Shown here: in pieces, positions 54,151 to 64,000 of the stretch
How positions within the stretch are numbered: the first letter of the stretch is position 1
Layout: every line of letters starts with the position of its first letter
Notes under the pieces: model-generated
Told to the model about the DNA's origin: nothing
What the model saw: only the letters and a program-made list of their open reading frames with translations
The model's database searches: none
Assembly (NCBI GenBank): GCA_951406725.2
Contig: OX597821.1
Coordinates: 107,012,001 to 107,076,000, forward strand
DNA length: 64,000 bases
Direction of reading: 5' to 3'
Origin: Octopus vulgaris
Taxonomy: Eukaryota
Program-made: the position numbers and the translations under genes

Positions 54151-55909
54151 TGTGATATAGCATTTCTGAGGTACCCTGATACAAAACTGTATACATGCGT
54201 GGGCCTACGTGATTGTATGTCTGTATATATATAAGACTATATGTGTGCGTACCTGTATATAACTGTGTGTATATATGCATATATAAAGCGCGTCCAGTTG
54301 GAAGAATCGTTAGCATGCCTGACGTAAGGCTTAGCTGTATTTCGTCTGCGGTTGCGTTCTGAGTTCAAATTACGGCGAGGTCGAATTTGCCTTTCATATT
54401 TTCGGGGTCGATTAAATAAGTATCAGTTATGCACAGGGAGGTAATGTAATCGCCTTAATTCCTTTGTCTATCCTTGTTCGTTCCGTTTATGTTTAGGCCC
54501 CTGTGCGATATATATATATATACATGGGAGTATATGTGTATGACGGTGTGTTTAAAACCTCCTGTTATTAGGGGTATCGCGAAAGGCTTTGCTGGAGGCC
54601 CAATCTTCTGATTTCTTTAACATGATTTAGAAAAACAGACGGACGGCTACAATAAGTGTTTTAATCTGAGTGGGGAATATATTATATAAAATGGTAATTA
54701 ACAGATCCTCCTGCATTTTCATTTACATAAAACCAGAAAGTTTTCAGGACTCTTTCGTGTATGCATTTATAAATATATAAATATTTTCATAGACAGAAAA
54801 CCATATATATAAATGTGTAAATGTGTAGATAGACAAATAGATAGATAGATAAATACATAGATAGACACAACGACACACATACATATGCACATACAGATAC
54901 TCACTCATATATGCCTTTCTACTCTAGGCACAAGGCCCGACATTTTTGGAGAGGGAGTTATTCGATTAGCTCGAACCAAGAACAAATGGATTAAGTCGAT
55001 TACATTGATACCAGTACGTAACTGGTACTTAATTTATCGACCCCGAAAGGATGAAAGACAAAGTCGACCGCGGCAGAATTTGAACTTAGAACGTAACGGC
55101 AGGCGAAAAACGGCTGCGCATTTCGCCCGGCGTGCTAACGTTTCTGTTAGCTCGCCGCCTTAAACTCACAGATATATATATTTGAGTGTGTGTGTGTGTG
55201 TAGCTGGTAATGTGTAAATATTTTCAAAAAAACACAGGTTTGTATGCATAAATAAACATTCAGAAGGAGGAAAAGAAGGAAAAGAACAAAATGAAGAGAC
55301 GAAGGAGGTGGAGGAAGAGGAGAAGCGGAAGAAGAAAGAAAGAAAGAAAGACTATTAGGAAATGCAGAAACATCAGAAAAAAACATTCGTACATTGTTAT
55401 TGAAGTTATCAGAATGTCGGTCCGTTGTGTCCTGAAAATAAAGCCATTATTGACACAGGACAAAAGTTAGTCTATGTGAATTGTTTTCTATCTCCCCACT
55501 CAAGCCTTCTGGAGTTCTTGGATAAGCGAGAATTTGCTTGGCGTCCCTAAGACGTTTTACAATGAATGGTTGCTAAATGCGACAACCAAGAGTGAGAAAG
55601 TGTGAATGAATGAATAATGTAATCAGAGAATGAGTAGAATGTCGGTGGTGATAATAGTCATAGTGGTAAGGATGGAAGATTTTAGTTCATTATTCCACAT
55701 TTATCCAATGTTTTCATTTGAGAAACGAAAGTGACAAGACGGACAATGGAAGGAATGATACAAAAAAGCTTTAAAAAAACCGATGTTACTGGAGTCACAG
55801 AGTCTTTCCACACGATAATGAATATGCTAATTCGATATCTTTTATGATGTAATATCTATACTAAATATTCGAAAATAACTTGTTTGACAGAATTATATAT
55901 AAAACTTAC

Positions 55910-56815
55910 CGATTTATTTAAACGAACTCCAATCCACACCATTATGATCAAAGCCACCATGTTGCAAGAAGCCGCAAACATAACGGGAATGTATATAGAT
56001 GATGTATTTTTAAATGAGCCATTTATAATTCCGTAAGTTGCAGTACAAGATACAGGAATACTACAGAGTGCGATAAATCCCGAAGTCAACTGAAATGATT
56101 CATTTACTAAATACAGTATTCTACTCAGAGTATCATGTGTGTTACATATTTCTGTAATCTCTTTATATTTCTTAAAGAAATACGAAGTGTCTGATTGATT
56201 TTCTTCTACGTATCTCTGAGCCTCGCTCGCTACTTTATTAAACTCATATAGCAGTGCAGTCCCAATTGCTAGATCAATATACCAATCAAATAGCAGGGAC
56301 GCAGTTGTTATGCTATTTATTAAATTGTCTATTATTATAAATGTTAAAAAAACTGTTGATAAGCTACCAAACAGCAATACATTCAAAATAATTTGAATAA
56401 TTACAGGTAGGAATACAAGTACAGAAAATGTCTTAAAAGAAAACGCGTTATTATTATAGAATACTTGATCGTCTTCTTTAATTGTAAGTTTGGTGAAAGC
56501 TTCGACTATTTCTTTGACTTTAGATTTTCTGAAGGTTTTCATTAGAAAATACAGCGAATGTAGACTCTGGAGACACATCCCAAGAATATATACAAATTTT
56601 GTATCATTTGTGTGAAGAAGCAATTGCCCAATAACATCCACATATTTAAGGGGGCCTGCAACCAGATATAGAGAATATAACTTACAAAAAGCATAGAAAC
56701 ACATAGTGCTACGTTTGAGAGATATCAGTGAAATTTTCACATTTGATATCCTAAAACCATTCATTTTCTCATAAAATTGCAGTATTTTATAGAATCGTGT
56801 ATCTTTCAGTTCCAT
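55910..56815 (-). CDS. GRL-like coding exon V8, TM1-TM6, 302 codons
   Basis: ATG 56815 (MELKDTRFYKILQFY); GVRLNKS then phase-0 donor TCG|GTAAGT at 55910/55909. Confidence 0.86.
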
Positions 56816-57180
56816 AATTTAGTAAGTAAATATTCTTCACAGGTTACTGCTATATAAAGAGCTAACCCTTTGGCATAAAACTCCCGAGATCTATTTGTAT
56901 CTACGATGATTACTTCGTCAGTGTTTCCGTCTATAAAGTCTTGAGAGTGTCGCACTCCTTCGTCAGTCAAGAAATTACTGGAAATAAAGAAATGACGCAA
57001 TAAAGCTGTTATATAATGTCTTTCACTTTGTTTATATGTGGGGATTATTTCAAATCTGTTGCTAAGGATTTAAAACATATATATACCAAACGGATTACTT
57101 CTCGCTAATCTTCTTAAAACCTATGAATCTTAGATGATTTATATTAAACATTATCTTTATAAAAAGTAGAAGAGAATGGA
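56816..57180 (-). promoter_or_regulatory. Upstream module of V8 (TATATAA 57015-57009)
   Basis: GGGATTA at 57041, GCTAATCTTCTTAAAA at 57104. Confidence 0.55.
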
Positions 57181-57189
57181 TATCAACAT

Positions 57190-57255
<66 letters not shown>

Positions 57256-57372
57256 GTGGAGGCGCAATGACCCAGTGGTTGGGGCAGCGGACTCACGGTC
57301 GTAGGATCGCGGTTTCGATTCCCAGATCGGGCGTTGTGAGTGTTTATTGAGCGAAAACACCTAAAGCTCCAT
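57256..57372 (+). mobile_element. SINE family C head, truncated, within (TA)n
   Basis: Matches 2803-2915. Confidence 0.75.
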
Positions 57373-57427
57373 ATGTGTGTATATACATATATATGTGTGT
57401 ATATATACATATATATGTGTATATATA

Positions 57428-57479
<52 letters not shown>

Positions 57480-57775
57480 TATATATATGCATATATATAT
57501 ATGCATATATATATATATATATATATATAAATTGAGATAGGGTTTGTAAATGCAACCCTCCATGGGATAACATATATCCAATATACTGCTAGTGAAGTAC
57601 CCAACAAGGTTAATACATAAATGTTAGGGATTGCGATGCAATCAATTCATTTACTGTATTATATGGGCAAAGGTAAAATGTTTTACGACAAATTCATAAT
57701 ATAAAATAAGAAAATGGAGAAATACATATTGATAATTGATATTTGATTTAGATGTATTTCTCCATTTTCTTATTT

Positions 57776-57821
<46 letters not shown>

Positions 57822-58177
57822 TATGTATATATGAAACGGTGATGCATCAACATGGCGGCAGCTCTGAGCTGAAGCTAGAGAGGAAAACAAAAAATGAGGG
57901 GAGAAATTTATATTAATCAATTAACATCAATTTGAACCAGTGCTTTAGCATATTTAAAGCGAAAGACTACACTGAGTGTAGCAGATATATACATTCGTAA
58001 ATATTAACACCGAAACCATGTTATGTAGGTAATCGTTTTATTTTGTATATTCTCATATTTCTTGTTCATTTTTACATTCTGGCGTTTTGCTGTAATTTTC
58101 TTCAGAACACAGTTTTGGCGGTAAGGCGATTTGACGTCTATTCTTAGCATATTAGGAATCCACTTTGGTGGTCATTC

Positions 58178-58235
<58 letters not shown>

Positions 58236-58439
58236 ATAAAGGGTGGAATATAATTAATTTAATAAAATTAATCAATTTCACCTAGTAGATTTATCGGTAT
58301 GGAAAAGACCATATTTGGTAAGGGTTATAATAATTATAATTAAGGGTTAATTGCAACAAGTTGCTCAAAACCACATACCGAAAATATTAGAAATAGCAGC
58401 CAAAATTGATCACTATTTCCTCTACTAATAAAAAGTCTC

Positions 58440-60020
58440 CACAAACAAATTACAATAGCCGAAGGCTACAACTTCCAGCAAATCTTCAAATGTTACAATA
58501 AAGGACATTTTGGAAGATGCCAAGGAGGACATATATAACGGCAGAGGAGAAGAGGATGCCAGGCCACAAACCCATGAAAAATAGGCCAACCCGCGCGCTG
58601 TGCGCCAATGTGAGCGGTGTCTGCAGGATTGAGCCGCTGCTCGTTGATCGGTTGGAAGACTCCAGACGCTTTAAGTTACATAAGATTCTGAAAGTAAAAC
58701 TGCATGTTATGTGGAGGTCAAATCCAAGGGCGCGGGTCACCAGGCAGTTCTTTGTGGATTGGGGGAATTTGGTAGTTCGTCCTGACGTTAAGAAATATGT
58801 CCAGAAATATAACCTACCCTTGAAAGCCCTTCACGTCCTGGACAATGCACCTGCTCATCCACCAAACTTCTCGAAGATGACATCCTAGAAGGGTTCAAGT
58901 CTATAAAGGTTCACTACATTCCACTCAGCACCACCCCACTTATTCCGCAGCTCATGGACCAGCTGGAGATTTCTAGTTTCAAGAACCTCTTCATCACTTA
59001 CTTGTTCCGCCGCTGGTTTGAGATGAACGAGAGTAGAAACCTCATCTTTCGAGATTCTGGAATGACCATTATAACATCGGGATATGCTTCAGAACTATCG
59101 ATATGACCTGGCAGGGTGTTATAAAGAGGACCTTGACTTCTGCGTGGAAGAAGCTGTGGCTTGAGATTGTGTCTGAAATGGACTTTGAATCACTCGAACC
59201 CGAAGCGGCAGTTGTGGAGGAGATCGTATCACTCGGCAAGTCCGTGGGCTTGGGCGAGTATGAAGTTGATATCAATGATCTCATCGAAGATTACACCGAG
59301 ACACTAAAACCAGAAGAGCTAAAGTAGCTATAGACACAGCAGCACACGGAGGTTTTGCAGGAAATAGGTGACTCAGAGGAGACGGAGGCGGTTATCTCTA
59401 CAAGTGAAGTAAAGGAAATATTGAGGGATGTAAGAGAAACTTTCAGACTTTATTCAAAAGAGACACTCATAATTATTGCAACGGGGCGTGTGACGGCGCT
59501 ATTTAATGACACTTGCCTAACGAATTTCGGAAACACTCTGAAAGTGAACACGAAGCAGACCTTATTGGACAAGTATTTTATCTAAAATATCTGCAGATGA
59601 AAGTGAAGAAAGCTTGGTGAGAAGGGCAAAAATCAGCGAATAAGATTCAGTAACTCAGTTCAGCGTTTCTCCTCCACCTCCGTCAGTATCCTCAAGTCGT
59701 CTGATCTCCAAGATAAATGCTGTATATTATACTTAATGAAACCAATTTATTGCAATACATTCTATTCCATTGTTTTTTTTATACAATATTTGTTATTTAT
59801 AAGTACACTTTTCTTATTTAAAAACACGCGTGTTTTTAAAATTGTATGTTTTTAAAATGGTATGTTTGAAATTGTATGTTTTTTTTTGGTGGGGTGGTGA
59901 GCGGAACCGATTACTGGCATTTGAATTCATTTCAATGGGGACATTTGATTTGACATACGAATAATTTGAGTTACGAGCTAGTTACGGAACGAATTAAACC
60001 CGTAAGTCAAAGTCCCACTG
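58440..60020 (+). mobile_element. Tigger/pogo-like DNA transposon remnant
   Basis: WKMPRRTYITAEEKRMPGHKPMKNR..CANVSG, LDNAPAHP, SAWKKLW; right TIR ...CGTAAGTCAAAGTCCCACTG|TA. Confidence 0.88.
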
Positions 60021-60068
<48 letters not shown>

Positions 60069-60134
60069 ATTATTATTGGATTTAATCTTAAATCTGATTT
60101 TTTCCCTGTAAATTTGGATTTATTCCCTAATATT

Positions 60135-60195
<61 letters not shown>

Positions 60196-60427
60196 TGTAT
60201 GTATGTATGTATGTATTTATATACACACAGAAAAAATGGGTGTTTCGTTCACAGGTGATCTAAACGACTAGGTATGCTCTAACAGATTACTATGTTTCCA
60301 AATTTAAAGCCGAGACTGCAGATTGCCGATATAGTGGATATATAATTGTTAAAGAGGACAACAGACGTTAAGGTGAGGCAAACATCTCAAGTCATATACA
60401 TTATTATTATTAGAAAAAAGATTCAAA

Positions 60428-60483
60428 GTCTTACAGCTGTTTCTGGGATATCCCCTAGCATGGGTTATTCCGTCATCGGAGAC
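60428..60483 (-). ncRNA. Degenerate type-I hammerhead ribozyme
   Basis: GTCT-CCGATGA-CGGAATA..TATCCCA-GAAA-CAGCTG-TA-AGAC; one core substitution (CUGAUGA>CCGAUGA). Confidence 0.55.
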
Positions 60484-61111
60484 AAATAGGGAAAATGAGA
60501 AGGGTATAGATTAATGAAATGACGACATAGAGGACAGGAGTAAAGGAATAAGGAGATGAAGAGAGAGAGAAGAAAGAAGAAGCATAAAAGTTCGCAGCTC
60601 AACTTTCCGATCTAATGGAAATAGGTCCATAAGTCCGTAAGTCCTTAGGTGCAATACTGCGTAAATCCATCTAGGTTACAGACTTGATAGATATTTACAC
60701 TATCCAGAAAGAAAACGTGAACATATCAACGTTCAATAATAGAATGGTAGCGGAGGTGGCTATTAAGTGGTAAAAAGTAGAAAAGTAAATAACTAGAAAG
60801 AGAGGTAGATAGGGTGAGGGAGGAAGTTAAAGATAGGCGTTAAGGATAATGTAAGGTGAATAAAAAATATAATGTCTAAGAATTTATGTAGAAAGATAGC
60901 CTAGAAGATAAAAGAGAGGATGAGGAGGAGGTAAAGCAAAATAACGTTAAAAAGTCAGAATAAACAAAATAGAGCGAAATGAACGGAATTTAAACTACCA
61001 TTATAGAATCATCATTGATGAATAATATATGTTAAGGCTACTTATACTTTGAATAGGTCAGTCTTTGAGGTATCATACATGTGTTGAGTTCTTTTGCTTA
61101 CAATAATTTTG

Positions 61112-61475
61112 CAAGAGTGGCTGTGTGGAAAGAAGTTTGCTTACCAACCACATGGTTCCGGGTTCAGTCTTCTACTATAGCCTCGGGCCGAGCAACACCT
61201 TTTGAGTGGATTTGGAAGACAGAAACTGAAAGAAGCCCGTCGTATATATATACATATGTGTATGTGTGTATGTTTGTGTGTCTGTGTTTTCCCCCCACCA
61301 TTGCTCGACAAACGATGTTGATGTTTTTACGTCCCTGTCACTTAGCAGTTCGGTAAAACAGAACGATAAAATAGGTACTAGGCTTACAAAGAATAAGTCC
61401 TGGGGTCGACTTTTTCGACTAAAAATGCGGTGCTCCAGCATGACCGCAGTCAGATGACTGAAACAAATAAAAGAC
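61112..61475 (+). mobile_element. SINE family B
   Basis: GAGTGGCTGTGTGGAAAGAAGTTTGCTTACCAACCACATGGTTCCGGGTTCAG head; GACTGAAACAAATAAAAGA tail. Confidence 0.85.
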
Positions 61476-62497
61476 TAGAATAATACAACGTTTATTCTAT
61501 GAGTATTAATGTTATGGCGTGTACTACTGTTACAAGTGTCATAAAAATTAGATAATTTTCTTTCGTTAATTAAAGATATAATCTGGCATAAATTATTAGA
61601 TACGGAATTACCAATTCTAAGAAGCCTAAGTTTAATAATATCATATCATATATTCCATTGTAAAATGTTTAGAAAAAAGTCTGTATAAGACTCCGACCAA
61701 ATTACCCTTAGTTTGCTTAGCGAATAGAACTATGAACCCAACAGTTTCGTATTTATCTGAAGCATTATAATTTTCAAATCTTCGAGCGCTATTGAATATA
61801 TAAGGGGCTTGTTTCTTTTTATCCTGTTATTTATATTCCTCATAGTATTAGAAGGAATTAATACACTGGTTCTCATATTTTGTATATCATTTTTCACACG
61901 AGAACAATTAAGCTTACCTATCGTTAATAAAGGCAACATCTACAAGTACTGGCACCCATATTTTTATGATAATAGTCCAATTTTTGTTTATATTCAGCAT
62001 TACTAAGTGCCACATTATTATAGTCGTCATTTTTGTCAAACATTTCCTTATTAGAAGGTAAATTAGGAATTCTTTTAGAAATATTACCAACTAAAAAAAA
62101 CCTTTTACATAACTAGGAACATTACTTTTGACATTTATATACCTAAGACTGAAATTGGGCTCGTGGCATCGTTCGTATTTTACCTGTATGAGATTAAGCT
62201 CAACATCAATGAAGTTAATAGAGTCGTGTTCGTTGTATCTTCCTCTCATATATATATATATATATATATATTAGAAGAAATGGGGTAATCAGAAATCTGG
62301 ATGGTTTTATATTTACAGATATTTATTAATACGTCACAGATTTTTATAAATCATATAGCGCTTGCGTCCACTCTAGTAGAGTCGTCAGATTGAACTTTTT
62401 TCAGGAATTTTGTCTCTTTTTAAAGTATTATTAAGTGTGTAGGGGTGGAGAGGGATATAAGAGAGTACAAGAGGGTGAGAAATGGGGTGTGAGAGAG

Positions 62498-62533
<36 letters not shown>

Positions 62534-62534
62534 T

Positions 62535-63210
62535 TTCTATCTGAAAGAAGTGTCAATGGAAAAAAGAAGGAAAGGAAGAAGGAGAACAGAAAGAAGAAAA
62601 TGTGTTGACATCTTTGCAGCTGGTCATTCTTTCAATAGTAAATGATTCTTGGCTTTTAGAAATGGCAAACCCAGCTGGTCACTCCAAGGGTGGGGATGGG
62701 ACAAAATGTCACTTTTCACAAAATTGTCTGGATTTCTTTTTATCATTGTCTTGTGAGAGAGTGTGTGTGTATGTGCGCGCGTGTGTGTGGGTGTCTGTGT
62801 ATCTAAAAGGAGTGTCAATGGAAAAGAGAAGGAAAGGAAGGAGAAGAGAAAGAAGAAAAAATGTGTTGACATCTTTGCAGCTGCTCAGTCTTTGAATAGT
62901 AAATGATTCTTGGTTTTTAGAAATGGCAAACCTAGCTGGTCATTTCAGATGATCAAAATGTCACTTCTCAAAAAAGTGTCTCGATTTCTTTTTAGAAGGG
63001 AAGAAAGAAGGAAGAGAGGAAGAAGAAATAATTGTCTTGTGAGAGTGTGTGTGTGTATGTGCGCATGTGTGTGTGGGTGCCTGTGTATCTGAAAGGAGTG
63101 TCAATGGAAAAGAGAAGGGGAGAAAGAAGTAAGAGAGGAAGAAGAAATAATTGTGTAGACATTTATACCGCTCTTCAGTTCTTTCAATCCAATGGGTTGG
63201 AGATTCTGGA
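62535..63210. repeat. Tandem repeat, about three copies of a ~260-290-bp unit
   Basis: tatct(g/a)aa(a)g(a/g)agtgtcaatggaaaa recurs at ~62538, 62800 and 63086, followed by tgtgt(t/a)gacat blocks. Confidence 0.85.
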
Positions 63211-63365
63211 AGAAACATTGTTTTTATTTATGTATATGTACATATGTGTAGTACTCTGTGTGTGTGTGCGTGTGTCTGTTTAATACAATTTACTTTACAA
63301 AATTGGTCCTTCATCAAGTACAAATTATTATAGAAATATTTTCAGCCATTCGATTTATATATATT

Positions 63366-63417
<52 letters not shown>

Positions 63418-64000
63418 GTTAGTTAGTTATTTACATATATATATGCATATGTGTTAGTGTGTGTTTATGCATGCATGTTTCTCTATATTCCGTCTATGTA
63501 AAGTGTAAAACATCAAAATATTTTGAAATATACACGAGCAAGTGCTAATAATAAAGTGAATATTGTCTCGTTGGAATACAGGAATAATTGTATCTCAGAT
63601 TATTACCTTATATGAAGTACATTTCCGTTTTCGTTCCCTCGTTGACATCTTCCCCTAGTGTTCCCATATAAATAGTGTTGCAACCCCATGCCTAATCCTT
63701 AAACGAAAATGTCTGCGGCTTCCCAACCACACATCGTAACACGAATTGTAGCTAAGTCCCAGAAACTAGGAAAGGAAAAGAAAGAAAGAGAGTGACAGAT
63801 AGATAGACAGACAGAGACAAACTTAAAATGCCAGACGGATCGAGACACAGAGCAAATGAGTGGAAAGCTGAGCCTGACTTAGATGGGATTAGAAAAACAT
63901 TTTGGAACATTATTTCAGGTCTGTCTTATTTCTGCAATCGGGAAAAAGTGGCCAAATTGACATCTGATAATGGAAAACAGGCGAAAATGATGTAATGTGA

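Larger units (their letters stand above)
60400..62235 (-). mobile_element. Decayed Penelope-like element (RT thumb/linker plus pLTR region), interrupted by a SINE
   Basis: Minus-strand INFIDVELNLIQVKYERCHEPNFSLRYINVKSNVPS, NISKRIPNLPSNKEMFDKN..NVALSNAEYK, KQTKGNLVGVLYRLFSKHF; hammerhead-like motif downstream. Confidence 0.7.

Noticed and set aside
62535-63210. Regularly recurring units suggesting a CRISPR-like or coding repeat array
   Set aside because: Whole units are duplicated with no unique spacers or credible ORF, in eukaryotic context. Ordinary tandem duplication.

Overview
AT-rich, microsatellite- and transposon-dense eukaryotic DNA; the repeat landscape (tRNA-derived SINE families, (TA)n seas, Penelope-, CR1/L2-, Tx1- and R4-like LINEs) suggests an octopus/coleoid cephalopod (inference). 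The organising feature is a head-to-tail minus-strand array of 8 paralogous ~0.95-kb coding exons (6 intact, 2 pseudo) encoding gustatory-receptor-like (GRL / 7TM ion channel) proteins. Every copy that reaches its 3' end stops at the same phase-0 donor (GxRLN[K/R/N]S|GTAAGT) just after TM6. I found no TM7/TYxxxxxQF exon between copies by eye, and each copy has its own duplicated upstream module with repeated homeodomain-type motifs. This looks like a variable-first-exon chemoreceptor locus that splices to shared 3' constant exons located left of the window (Gr39a/Gr28b-, UGT1A- or clustered-protocadherin-like logic). The rest is transposons, including a Tx1-like LINE inserted in a SINE and sharing its 3' tail with another SINE family, (TA)n-embedded CR1/L2-like LINEs, Helitron-like MITEs and hammerhead-like motifs.
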